NCBI GenBank assembly: GCA_030141605.1
Contig: JAQGDQ010000341.1
Location: 124,001-188,000 of the forward strand
Length of the DNA stretch: 64,000 nucleotides
Source of the DNA: Tubiluchus corallicola
Lineage: Eukaryota; Animalia; Priapulida
Direction of reading: 5' to 3'
In this document: piece by piece, positions 49,884-63,800 of the stretch
Position numbering within the stretch: the stretch's first letter is position 1
Layout: every line of letters starts with the position of its first letter
Made by a program: the position numbers and the translations under genes
The notes under the pieces: model-generated
Databases searched by the model: none
Seen by the model: the letters and a program-made list of their open reading frames with translations, nothing else
Told to the model about the DNA's origin: nothing

Positions 49884-50310
49884 AGCCAGAGCTTTCACGG
49901 GGTTCGTAACTTCGGTGACTAAAAGCCCAATGGTCGCCAAACATGCGCAAAAAGTTCCCCAAATAGTCTTAAATCATTTGCAGGTGTTCGTCGTAGTCGC
50001 CACCTTCGGAATTTTTTTTAAATGTTTAAAGTTTGCTGCCGGACTGACAAAACTCGCCCCTTTGCCAAACTGTCGTAGAGTTGTTGCAACATGCACCAAA
50101 CATGCGCAACAATTTCAGAATCCACGAAAACTTGTCAAACATTTTGCGATGCTTTGAAAATGTTGCGACTATTTTCTTCGACATTTTTGCGAACATTGGT
50201 TGCCCCGCACGTCTTTCTGCAAAAATTGAGTGAAATTCTCATGAAATGAATGATTGCAGTACACTCGCGCACGAATGTAGTGCAATATTCGCTTTGTCAT
50301 GGAAGTCGCC
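49884..50310. mobile_element. Dispersed DNA-transposon-like repeat; relative at ~42728-42960
   Basis: Both begin AAAGCCAG.GC.TTCACGGGG.TC and share similar interiors. Confidence 0.45.
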
Positions 50311-50354
50311 AAATATAATATCTTAAAATATAAGAGTGCTAAAGGTTAATCGAA

Positions 50355-50490
50355 CAAGTTTAGCGTAACCCCATATTTCGTATCTAAATATCTATCCAGC
50401 TTGTCCTTGAAGTTGCTCACTGAAGAAGCTTTAGCAATTCACTTGCATCCTGAAATTGCTAAAGCTTTTTCAGTGAATAATTTGTGACAA
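50355..50490 (-). mobile_element. CR1-type LINE 3' end fragment
   Basis: Minus-strand IAKASSVSNFKDKLDRYL. Confidence 0.5.
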
Positions 50491-51650
50491 AACACATATG
50501 GTGAGCATTTTTTGGCAACTGTTAGACTTGGGAAAATTTTCTATTCTCACAAAAAGTTGCGGCCCTGTGAAACTCCAGCTTAAGATATATGGCGTGCCAC
50601 AGATGCTTCACGTTTTAGTCACAACTAAACCAGTACTAGAAAACCATCCTGAAAAGTATCATGACCCCAGCCTGAATGGACTCTTATTAGCAGAGAATTA
50701 AAGACATTCACTTGACTATACACCACAGTGGCATAGTATTACCAGTTATGGTGATTAATCAGATGTACAACGCCAAGAGCACATCGAAGATAAGGTAATA
50801 GTTTTTTAGCCACTTTATAACAACTCTCACTTCTTATAACTGTTAGTGTTACAAATGAAAAAATAAAATTACTATTAACAATGAAAAGAAGTGATTGTAA
50901 TAGATATCATCTTACAGGGTTTTAAATCGATTTAGAAAAAGAATCATTATTGTAAACTTTTTGAACTTAAGTTAAGACATTAAAGAGCTTAGAAACTTAG
51001 TACGCTAGATGTGTTTTCTGTTTATAATAAACGTTAGTACTTAGTAGGTTAGCAATTTCTTGTTAATAATACTAAAGCTATCTCACAACAATTTACAAAA
51101 AATACAGTGCCGCATTACCGGATCAGCCCTATTTAAAGTAAATTGAAGTCGTCTCTTGATTGTAAAATTTCATCAGGCATGAAAACAAGCGCAAAACTAC
51201 GTGTTATCTTATTACCTTAACTCAGCGGAAAAGCAGCATATCACAGTCTTTGCGAATACAAAAAAGACAGTCGAAAAGTCGTTGTTTCTCACAAGCAACT
51301 ATAAATAAAAGATAGAAACAAATCAAGTTATGTGAGTTTCATCCGCAAAAAAACAAAACAAAATGACAAAATTGACAAGTTCCCATATCTCAATAATTAT
51401 CAGCAATACAATACGGAAACCTTTCTTGCTGCACCCTGCAACAATTTACTGCTCCTTCCTTTCTTAACGACTGCTTCTAGCGAAATACAATTTGTTAGTA
51501 GATGCACGAAATTAAATTCGTATTCGATCCGAACGTTCGATGCTCACCAGTACTGTTTGGAAAAAAAGCTGGGCTACATGGTGGTATAATTATAGTAGGA
51601 AAAATGGAATGGTAAAGTTTCTTGGTATTTTTGTTGAACGTAGAACAAAT

Positions 51651-52043
51651 TAGGGGTGAGCATTCTCTACCAGAAAGCGAATTCGAATCGAACCGAATTT
51701 TTGACTTTCGAATTCGAATCGAACCGAATTTTTGACTTTCGAATTCGAATCGAACCGAAACTCAGTGTTTCGAATTCGAACCGAATTCGAATTGAGATTG
51801 AACGATTTTCGAACCACCAGTAAAATTAGTCTTATAAAGATCATGTGTTTCACTAGATTTTGTTCTGCAATAAAACGACTAGTAATTTGTTTAAAATTGC
51901 GCACATAAATCACTGCTAAATTACGCTAATTGCATGTTGTTTCAATCGTTTTAGTGATCAGGAACGTATGTGATTGAATCTATAGTTTTGGATTCGAATC
52001 GAGTTCGAACTAAAAAAACTCGAACGTTCGATGCTCACCCCTA
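51651..52043. mobile_element. Intact hAT-type MITE
   Basis: 13-bp TIR TAGGGGTGAGCAT / ATGCTCACCCCTA, perfect 8-bp TSD GAACAAAT (51643-51650 and 52044-52051), subterminal TTCGAATCGAACCGAA repeats. Confidence 0.9.
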
Positions 52044-53153
52044 GAACAAATAGGCGCCAAAGAGATTAATTTGGTTTATAATGCTGTAAAAATTAAAATG
52101 TTTTCCAAAAATCTGCTGAGAAATGGTCAAAAAATTAAAAATCCTACCTCAAATTATGACCATTATTGTAATTTTATTACTTAAAACGTGAAAGTAAATA
52201 AAATCGCTCTGAGTACAAGACGCCGTCTCAAATTTAAAGGCTAACTTTACATTGTTGGCACGGTTTTACGTTGCCTGGTGATTTTTGCTGTCACGTGGTT
52301 TCCACATTGCCAGTTTCTGCTGAAATTTTCAATTTTAGTTTTATTAATTATAAGTTTATAACATGTGGAGTTTAGTAACTGAGCAAAGTACGAGAACGAA
52401 TATCTTGTATAATTCTTATTGGCTGCTTCATGATATGTGTTTTTACTTATTTTAACCTTTAGCCTTATTAACTTATCATAATTTTGTAAAATTCTTAAAC
52501 ACTCAGCAACCAACCATTATTTGTGCACTAAAATCTATAGTTCCGTAGGTGATTCTGTAGCTCTTTTTGCTCATGATGTATTAACGCAATTTCATAAACA
52601 TGACTGTTATGCCAAAACTACTTTGTCGATTTCATTTCAGCTTTTGAATACTGTTCTCCCACTATGGCACTAATAATAAATGACGGAATTTACTTAAATG
52701 GCTATGTAACTTCATACTCGAGTTCTTGGCACAATACTCACAGACAGTAAGGCTAAGAAATGGCAATAGCATCATCTTCTCAGCTTCAAAAGTTCTTAAT
52801 GCAAGAGCTCCGTAAGGCTGTGTTCTAACTGTCACTAATGCTGTGCTCTTTGTTTAGGTATAGTCCCATAACTTAATGGGCGGTAACCTGGTAACTCATA
52901 CCACCAGAATTTAGAACGCAATTTGCATTATTTTATACAGAAGGCTAAGAACTTACATTTAACTTTAACTTTAGACGTATTAAAAAGCAATTTACAATAT
53001 TTTATACAGTAAGAAAGTTAAAAACTCATTTAACCCTCTAGCTTTAGATAAGTTTCAATAGAAAATAACTGTTTCCGTTTGGAAAGCTTAGTTAAGCTCA
53101 CATACTTACACAAAGTATATTGGCTGCGCACAATCTATATTCGAAAATAATAA

Positions 53154-53357
<204 letters not shown>

Positions 53358-53817
53358 TCCATATTCCTATTTAAAAAATTTTGTTTTGAAGCATTGTGAG
53401 CAACTAAGAATTTTTTGATATTGCACAAATTAAAATGCCTTCAAGTGGTATTACTGTACTCTTTTACTGTCCTGTATCATGTCAATGGTTTTAATTTTCT
53501 GCGCACACATTTATGTAAGAGAAGATATCACAGACAGATCGGTAAAACCTGAAACTTTTTTTGGTAATATAGTGATTTATTGCACTGTATAACCAAAGCA
53601 ACTGTATATACAGATGTTTCCTGCAGACAAACTAGTAGTTTTAAAGATTCTTTTGCAAATCGATTTGTAAATATGTGGAATACATTTCCTTTTGATATTG
53701 TTTATAATTGCAATGTTAAGGCCCTTTAAATTTTGAATTTGCCACAATGAGTTTAATTAGTTTTATGAGCTTTCTCTGTATTACCAGCCAAAATTTGTTT
53801 ATATTTATATATATATA

Positions 53818-54810
53818 CCGTATATGCTTGCATATAAGCCGAATTTAGAACTATAAAATACAATACTGAAATCAGGGGGTCGACTTATATGCACATGAAA
53901 CAAAATGAACACAAGGACAGACACTAATGCCAATTTTCCAGCCACACATTTTCATCGCTATCTGACTCTTTATTTGGTTGTGTGTCACCAGTGGTGTATT
54001 GGAGGGGGATCGTGGGGGATCGCCGTCCACCCACTTTTTTTTTAGAAAAAATTCACATTTCACTAAATGTCTGCTTTTTGTATTCATTAGATAAAAAATA
54101 TTAAAAATGTATACGGGTTTAATATTAAATCTACTTGTTTTCATTTTTTCAAAAACGGTTTTAAATAATGTCAATTTCTTTCAAATTTGTGAATGTAAAA
54201 TGGTAAGTCTTGAGACTAGCCGTCCACCTACTTTTTATTTAGCAATACACCACTGTGTGTCACCAGTTGCGAGCCATAACCAAGTCGACGTCATCAGCCA
54301 ATTGGTAGGCAGCGCGTGGGGAGACGAGGGTCACATGGCTTATAGAGGAACAGCAAACCAATGAGGCAAACTGAGGCAAACGTGAGCACGCGGCCACAGA
54401 ATTTAAAAGTGTGCTGAATTTTGATAATTTTAGTTGTAAAATTATTTGTGCAATACACCATGCCTGGAGAAAAAAGAAAACGTATGTCCTATACTGCTGA
54501 CTTCAAGCTAAAAGTGATAAAATATTTTCTTCTTTATTCATATCAAAATGTATAATTTCTTCTATTTCTTCTAGTATGTAACATAAAAGTAAGCATTTTA
54601 CATCTTTATAGTAAAAAATTTCTATGAACCAAAAATACCCAATCAACAAAATGTGACAAAAAGGGATCGATTTTGTTGATTGGATATGGAGTAAAATTAG
54701 ACAAGTTGATGGTCAGCTTATATACGGGTTTTTGCAAAATCTGGCCATTTTAAAGCAGTTTTAGGGGGTCGGCTTATATGCGATGTAGGCTTATATGCGA
54801 GTATATACGG
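53818..54810 (+). mobile_element. Internally deleted pogo/Tc2-type DNA transposon
   Basis: TA-flanked TIR CCGTATATGCTTGCATATAAGCC / GGCTTATATGCGAGTATATACGG; transposase N-terminal remnant MPGEKRKRMSYTADFKLKVIKY from 54459 (Brinker-like HTH start). Confidence 0.85.
53989..54255. mobile_element. hAT-type MITE nested in the pogo/Tc2 element
   Basis: TIR CAGTGGTGTATTG / CAATACACCACTG; perfect 8-bp TSD TGTGTCAC (53981-53988 and 54256-54263). Confidence 0.9.
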
Positions 54811-57800
54811 TACTTCTGTCTTTGTATCTTTACATTCCTCGGTCATTCCTTTCTTTTTTCTTTTCCACTCCTTGTTTCATTTTTCATTTTTATTTTTTAT
54901 TTTTTCCTTTCCTTTGTTTGGAGATTATGGACGTGGCCGAATTTCATCTGTCATATGGCAAAAATAGATTTTTGCATTTATTTATATGTACGAAAGCATA
55001 TACGTGTATGGGAAAGTCGGATGAGTTTCCTATGAAATTTACGCAAGTTACGACAGTGTGTACGAACTTCTTAAGTATTGTATTCGAAAAATCATTCATT
55101 CGAATATATGATATATATAGTTATATAAGGCAAATAGTTATATAATATGTATATAGTGTTATAAAAAATGTTGCAAATTTATCTGTTGATAGGGCCAACT
55201 GTAACAAGACAGAAAGAATTTAAAGTCGTCGCAGTTTTATAAGCATTGAAAGCAATGAGTGAAAAAACTTTAAAACTAAATGACACATAATGAGGCTTTA
55301 AGCAAACAACAGCAATACACGTTGTGCACTGCTGGAGGTGCAGTAATGACTGTGGATGCGCCCAGTCCAGGCAAAGAAACGGCAAAAATCAGTATTGAAC
55401 TGTGCGATAGACCTGCAATTTATTAAAATAACAGATCACAAAAAGTGCTTAAGAATGTGCTAAAGGTTATTACTATTTAGACAAAATGAAAAATTAGATT
55501 TAAGAAGACTGAAACACAAATTATTAGTTTATGATTCTAGAGATTTGAAGCAATTCTAACCAATTTAAACTTTTAACTAATTATTAAAGTAAATGGTGAC
55601 TTACATTTACTGGTGACAACTTTGGCTTGAAAATACAACTAGTGACTGTTAAATTGCAACAAAATAGAGAAAGCAATGCAAGTATCACCAAACGGCATGA
55701 TCAGCATAGCGGCAACAGAAAATGTAACTACGTGTAAGAACAAGTGTGATTGATAAGTGGCGTATACTACTAAAGCTTAGGTCACATGACTAAGGCTGGC
55801 TTCGTTTTAAACAGTTTCAGGAAATGCATGTTTGTAAAAATGCAAAAAGAAAACAAATAATGATAGAATGCTAGATTAAATTGCTTGACACCAACATCGA
55901 CATTTAATTCGTACACATTAGCAAAACATAACAGCACCTTGTAAGTGTCTGATAAATATAGTAGGAAAAAATACAACAGTTATCCCATTATTACACTGAA
56001 AGTTGAAGTAGGATTGACTGTCCTGTATACGTAAGGGTAAAGCAAGTTAAGTAAATTAAAGTTAGCTAACTAGTAGCATAATGGACAGCATGTCAGCCAA
56101 AATAGTACAGGGATTATAGGAAAATCTATTTTTAGCATACTTAAACTTTTTTGCAAATTAAATGTATAATGCTGCACATTTCATCGCATTTAAATACTTA
56201 ATGTTGCAATGTTTATACTACTCTTGTGGCCATCACGATGTACGTGGTGAGAATGTGGTGGGAAACTGCTGCAGCATATTGTGCCAACATGATCATGCAA
56301 TGCTTATGCTACATGTATTTTCCTATCTGGTGTAAATAAATGTGTAAAGAGACCATTCTTTATATAAGTGACAAGTTTTACAAATATGGTTAGTGTTTTT
56401 CAAACTTAAGTTGTGTTTACCAGACATTCGGTATGCATCTGTGTTCTAGATAAAAACAGTTTATATTGTTTTCAACGCACCCGTTTGTCAAACCTGCATT
56501 ATGTGTATTTCTCCTGCAGCTGTTTCCTATTGATTTTTTATAGGCAGCTATGCCATAGGTGGACAACACGTAGCGCATTCCGGATGTCTGGTGAACGCCG
56601 CTTAAGTGGCCAAGTTCTTCTTGCAAAAGTAGTTTCTTTTTTGTATAAATGGTTTGTCTTACAAAGATAGTTAATATTTTTACAAAATTTGTGACATTTT
56701 TTGGTACGTTTTAAGTTGCAACAATCTCAGACATTCAGTAGTTGTTAAAGGGTTTTGCATTGTTCTTTTACCTGGTTTAGGAACTTTGCTTATTATCTTG
56801 TTGTTCTTGCTTCCTGCTTACTGCTTCCTGTCTGCTTCGGCCTTGTATGCCCACAGTTCAAGAGCTTTGATGTGAGAAATGTGATGGGAGTAATTAAACA
56901 CCAAATTAGGCGTTATTAAATGTTCACAAATTCGTTGTCAGGTTCACGTAATCTTTGCCTTTTCGCAATCATCATCAATCGCTGGAACTGAGAAAAGGCT
57001 TATTTACAAATTTGTACGTCTCGTTTTACTTTTCGAATCTGTTTTAAGTTTTCCTTTTGTGCTGTGTAATGCATTCTTAAAGACTGTTTACTGTTTCTAA
57101 ACTTTTAATTTATACGACCCTGATTTGTAATAATTTAAAATCATTAGGTGGCAGTCTATGTTTGTGTTACTGGATATTTACATGTCAAAACTTATTCTTC
57201 TCCTAATTTTAATATAAAACTGTCACTGTTATACTGTAAGTGGAACTGCGCATATGTTTTTGTCTTGTTGCACCTAGTTTCATACATTACAATCCTATAG
57301 TCCTTGTCCAGTACTTTTTGTGGTTGCAGCCACAACTCCCCTTTAGTAGATACATATATTGTGTGTTGTTTCATTAGACATATTCATGAATTTGGGTTGG
57401 ACTGCTTAATTTTGTAATCAGCAGAAGCTTGCATATGCTCCATAGTGAAATCTGGTAGTTAACGTCAGAGAATGTAATATCTGCTACGCTTCACTCATTG
57501 ACACAGAATCTTAAAATATCCAAGTATTTTTCTTATTGAATGCATTTGCACCAATCATTTTGTGTGTTTTGTAAGTGATGAGAAGGCACCTGCACACGAG
57601 AGTAAGGATTTCAAAGAATTCACTGCTCTTTTTCCCAACAATAAAACTTTTCACATTTTCTGCTTTATTCATATTTTCACAAAAATGAAATGAAATTTCT
57701 AGAATATACTTTGTATTATAATACTAGCCCAAATGTCACAATCCAGCAAGAATTTTAAATTATATTTTGTGTTATATGACTGACAAAATCTGCATTCTTA

Positions 57801-57837
57801 ATGTCAGTATATAATTGCAGAGCCTAAAGTAACTGTA

Positions 57838-60800
57838 ATGATAATTACTGGACTTGCATTGCTTTTGCTGCAGCCAATTGACATGGCTGTACTGGAGCAT
57901 AACAAACCAGGAGAATCTATCGAAGTAGGTGAGTTTCCAATTCAATTGCATTTTTTCCAAACTACTATATGCGTTTCACTTATTAGTGTTTTTCAAAGCA
58001 ACACAGATGGGTTTAAAGTTTGGTTTTTAACATTAGCTGTGGTTGTATGGATTTTGTTTTGTGTTTTATGATGGTCTGTCACCATATCTCTTTTTGGCAG
58101 CATAAATACAGACATTGAAGTTTTGACTGTGGTTGCTATTAAACTCTATACATACAATCAGAACAGGTATTCTTTACTTTTATGCAGTAAGTTCAGGCCT
58201 GCTAGTTTTATTGTTTTAGCAATAAATTGTTTTAGCTACATGCTACTAGCTGTTTTAGTGATAAGAGTAAAGTTCATCAGTTTTGCACCTTACCAAGAAC
58301 ACAAAAATATGACTTTTGACTGTATTCAGCACTTTCAGAAGTCAACTACATTATCCACATAACAACAGATTTTAGTGCATGTTAACGTCTAAAATATATC
58401 ATTGAACGAAAATATTTGTCATTAAAATTATTGAAAAATTGAGTAGAAAAATATCAATGTGTTGCTAAACGGGACATGGTTGCGCGAGAATTATATTTAC
58501 TGTATTTTTTTACTGTCTTATATAGTAAGATACACAGTTCATTGAAATTCAACACTCATTGTAAAGTGCTCTAACTTATTATCAAGGACATAGTCTTCTA
58601 AAAGTGTTGTTTCAAAGCTAAAGCAGTGTTGAGTTACCATCCAGAAATTAAGAAATTAAAATTACAATTACGTTAAAAGTATAATTTTTGTGCATTAATT
58701 CAGGTTGCTTCTTTGTTTTCCTGTATATGTTATGCTTATTAGAGAAACTGTGATTATTCATTAATTATTAGCTAATTTTTATTGTTATGAATTACCGAGT
58801 AAGGCTAGTCTTTTAGGTGTTTTATTATAATCATGAATATCATCATTTTCTATTAAATAGGTTCTTCCAGTTTCATTTTGCACATTTTTGAAAACTGATA
58901 TGTTTTGTTTTAGAGGAAAAGGGCAAAGAGATACAAATTCAGCTTCCTGTAACAGTATGTAGGAACACGTCAGTGATGCTGGACTGTCCACGAGGGCGAA
59001 CAGACGATCAAATAAACAATATAACCAAAATTGAGTTTGGAAGATTTAATCGTGATTCAAATTGCTACGCTGGGATAAAGCAGTTTAGTAGTTGTCCAAT
59101 GGCAGATATTCCTCAAAAGCAATTGCAGAATTTCATGAATTTGTGTAATAAGAAGACTTCATGTGTTATCACTGCAAATTATAAAACAATGGGACGCTGT
59201 TTTCCTGTTTCTGGAGAATTAGATCCTTATGCGGTTGTACACTATGAATGCAATCGTAAGTATAGAATAACTTATTATTTTGTAGTTAACTAAGGTAGAA
59301 GCATTTTACAAGATTTTTACAATTATGGATTTCTGCATATTTTGATGGTCACAGTGTTAAATTTATCCAGTTTTTTTAAGTCTCAATTCCAGACTTGGCG
59401 CAACCTTATAGTTTAAAAAATTTTAAAAGTCTACACAGTTGATTATAGTTCAAAAACGGTTTGTTGCTTGTACATTTTTTTATTGCACTGTATCATAAAA
59501 CATTCAAACTTCATTGTAGGAAATGGTCTGCTGTTTACATGATATTATTATACAACTTTACTAACAAACTATTTTAAAAATGCGTCTTTACCATCTAAAC
59601 ATGTTTAGCTATCAGTACGCCATGTATTTGCTGTCTAGGCACACGTAAAGCCAGCCTGAAGTAAATGGGTAATGATATCATTAGTGTATGGTAGACTGGC
59701 TGTTGGTGCAGCATAGTACCTGCTGAACTGTTTAAAATCAATATTCCACTATACAGTTTAGGCTAGATTAGCGCTGCCAACCTAATAATCTAGCCAGTCC
59801 TAAAAGCAATTAAGTCTGAGTATGCAAAACTTCACAGAGTTGTTAGATATCAACATGTTAGCCTAAACAGAACTTTGTTTCTGGACTAAAATGAATAGTT
59901 AAAATTATTCTTGTTACACGTGTAGCATACTGAATACCACCACATACATTGTGATTTTACACATGGAGCACTTTTTTATAGTAGCAAATACATCTACACA
60001 AATTAAGACCGCTTTTAAAGCACTGCTAGAAAAGAAAATGGAGAAATGGTGTCCTAAAATGAATTTGATTTAAACATAATTTGCTGGTGGCATGCCTGAT
60101 CGATTATTTCGATTTCTTGCCTGCAAGTCTCTGGTATTGATTAATTTGGTAAGTAATCGTTAACTAATTAATTAATTTTGTGTCTAAACAATAAATTGGA
60201 AATACAAAGAAGGAAAAATGCTTCTGAAATAATTTTTAACGCGGAAAAATCATGGACGTGAGTACTAAATGCTTTCAAATCTTGCATAGCTCCATCTTCA
60301 GAAAGCAACTTTAGTTAAGCTTTACCATGATGTAGGAGACCTACCTAACAAAAGTGCTGACCCTGTAGCTCTTTACTGGTCATGCGGTTCACATTAGTAT
60401 CTACTAAAATTACGTTAGTAGACTGGAAAAAAAGCAGAAGTTCTAATAGTGAGCCAAAATTTCTGCATTTAACACATTTTACTTGCTGGAACCTGAGAAT
60501 GGGAAAAAAGAGCTTATTATTCATAGTTATAATTCATGTGTGTAACAATCCCAGTTATCCAGTATATGAATGAATCTTACACTCATTACCACTAGCGGAA
60601 CAGCTTTACAGTCGTCTAAAAACATTTAAAAATTTGAAACTAATTTTGCCGGTGAATAGTTGTATGGAATTTGTATCAAATTGGTTATAATAAGTCTATT
60701 AGGGGTGACAATATAATTTAATTTAATTTAATAAAGAAACTTGTTAACACATGTGAGGAGAGCATTCTTTTTTACATAAAATTGTTTCTGCACATATTTA

Positions 60801-63800
60801 ATTGGATGCATCAGCCTAAATTCTTTACTATACTCTTCCCGTTTGATCCCCAACGGTACAATATTGCATGCATTTGCAAGAAAGGTGTTCTTCATCACAT
60901 GTACCTGTTGTGGCTGCTAAGTAGTAATTGCTGTTGTTTTTTTAATAATGGACCTGCTAATTTTGGCTTTGTGTTAGCTGTATTCCACTTTCTTTCTAGT
61001 ACTAGGCTGGATTAGACGATTTTTCTAGTTGACTGAAACTGTCAACACTCGGCACTGCATCAGGCTTTAGAGGAGCATGTTTTTTTAGGCTGGTCGTATT
61101 GAGGAAGCAAATGATACTGCTTCAAAGAAGCAGGTTTTTTTTATGATGGTTGTGTTCACACTGCTTCAGAGAAGCAAGATTTTTAGGATGGTTGTTTTAG
61201 GAAGCAAGTGATACTGCTTCAAAGAAGCAGGTTTTTTAGGATGGTTGTGTTCACACTGCTTCAGAGAAGAAAGATTTTTAGGATGGTTGTTTTAGGAAGC
61301 AAGTGATACTGCTTCAAAGAAGCAGGTTTTTTAGGATGGTTGTGTTCACACTGCTTCAGAGAAGAAAGATTTTTAGGATGGTTGTTTTAGGAAGCAAGTG
61401 ATACTGCTTCAAAGAAGCAGGTTTTTTAGTATGGTTGTGTTCACACTGCTTCAGAGAAGCAAGATTTTTAGGATGGTTGTTTTAGGAAGCAAGTGATACT
61501 GCTTCAAAGAAGCAGGTTTTTTAGTATGGTTGTGTTCACACTGCTTCAGAGAAGCAAGATTTTTAGGATGGTTGTTTTAGGAAGCAAGTGATACTATATT
61601 TGTATGAAGTCTGACCTCTCTGAGGCCGAATCTGTTTTTCGCGGATTCGGACATTTTGGATGGTTGAAAATTTTTTCCTTTACAGCTACTGCATCAACAC
61701 TTTTCCATACTTCTCATTGGAGGGAAACCTTCTCTGGCTTTTTTATAAACTTAAAAGAAAAAGCAATCAGGTGTTTAATTTCCTTTGTTATCTTGTTTTT
61801 CCAGATTTTCATTAAATTATTGAAAACAAAAAATGGTAAATTCACCTTAGTTGTATAGTGCACGGCTAAAATGTGGCGGCTGTATGGAAAATGTCAAATA
61901 TTTGGGAGTTATTACGTTTTCAAAGCAGTAGACAATGAGCCACGCCATATGGCGAAAAGTTCATTTTGCGCACCGCTGTTCCGATGCAATGTTAGCAGAC
62001 TATACATAGCAGATGACTGGCAAATTATAATTTTATCGTAGAATTAAAATTTAATAAATGTGATCATATAAGCTGCTTATTTTGCCTTATTTTAATTGTA
62101 AATGTTCAAGGTTACAAATGATTATTGTTATTGTTTTGGTAGCCCTCGTGCAAATTTTATTTTCATTTGTTTTTAGGTACTAGATATGAGTTCACGTCAA
62201 GTGTTCTAGAAAATAAAACAGATCCTAACAGAATTTATTGTGATAAAGTATCACATGAACTTCTGTGCCCTGGTGCAACCCGCTATGCACAAAGTGACGC
62301 TCGTTGCCCACTGCTTTATTATGGAAGAGATCACAATGATACAGTGTGTGGTGAGCCGCCAGGAACAAACACTACCTGCCCTCACCCAAGTCTTTTTGGT
62401 CGCTATAAGCCAGACAAACACATTATAATGGATGCTTTTCATCACTGTATTGGGAAACGATCTTGTAACATCACTTTCAAGATTAATGTCAATCTAACGA
62501 ATAAATGCGAATCACCTTCACCTGGTGTAGTGCGCCGGATTAAGGAGCTTAAGTTTTACTGTCTGGGTAAGTATAATGGCATGTTAGCATATGTGCATTA
62601 TAAAGCTAAAACATTCACAGCAAAATTTCAGCAATTACTACTGGAATTATATCAGATATGAGACTATTTGCCAACGATGTCTGCATAAAGCAAATTGTTG
62701 ACGATCCAATTGTTTCATGTAATATTTTACAACATGATCTAGATCACATTCAGAAAACTGAATCTGTGATATTTTCTTGCAAAATTAAGTCACCTTTCCA
62801 TTCAGATTTGTTTCTGGGCAACATCAAAATTGATAACTATTTGCAACAAAAACGTTTAAGCCTAATTCTTACTGACGCTCTTGCTTGGACTACTCACGTT
62901 AATGAATTACCGTCCAAAACCTCAAAACGTTCGGATCTGCTGTGTAAGATCTTTTAGACAGAAGTTCACTTGATAATTTGTGTAAATCTTATGTTCCGCC
63001 TTTACTGGAATATTGTGACGTTATTTGGGGAGACTGCAGTGATGTTAGCGCTTCTGCTATTGAGCGTATCCAGTATCACACCTCTCGTATTGTTACTGGA
63101 GCAGTATTTGGTAGTAATAGTGATAAGTTGCTTAATGATCTTTCATGGGAGCGTATGTACGACAGAAGGTATATTCACAAATTGTCACTGTTTTATAAGA
63201 CTGTCAATTGCCAATCTCCGAATCAGTTATATTGATAATGTATTTTCTTTACTTTAGCTAATGTAAATAAAAGTTGTCTGACGCGAAGTATGTATGTTTT
63301 TACAGAGTTGGTATTCTCAAAAATCCATTATCTTTGCAAAGAAATTGTGAAAATCACCATAGTGTAAGGTTAGAAACTTTCGTTTTTAAGGAAAAATGTC
63401 CTATAATTCCTATATTTTTTTAGAATAATCTCCTGAGTACAAGCCCTGCAGGAACTAAGAGACCACTTTGATATTCTATGTTGTAATGATTTGTAAAATG
63501 CTATAGCTTACCTATGAAATTTCAACTTTAGCTGTTGAATTTTGTCTACCGCATCATTATGATATATTTGTGATCTTCTCTTCTGTGTGTGTCAAGTTCA
63601 ATTTATCACCTCAGAAGAAACTTTAGTTAAGCATTTGTAATGCTTTATTGTTAATTCTGAGATTAATAAAATATGTTTATACAAAGAATCAGTTCTACCA
63701 TATTTACTCTCGTTGCAGGTGTTCTTGCTTGTTTTCCCAATCCCTGTCAACATGGTGGTACTTGCACTCTTACTCAGAATGGATTCAACTGTACCTGTCC

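Noticed and set aside
51671-51790. TTCGAA repeats as heat-shock elements
   Set aside because: Spacing does not fit nGAAnnTTCn arrays; they are subterminal repeats of the hAT MITE.
62658-63257. ORFs as additional exons of the lectin gene
   Set aside because: They are frameshifted LINE RT remnants; the flanking exons join in phase without them.
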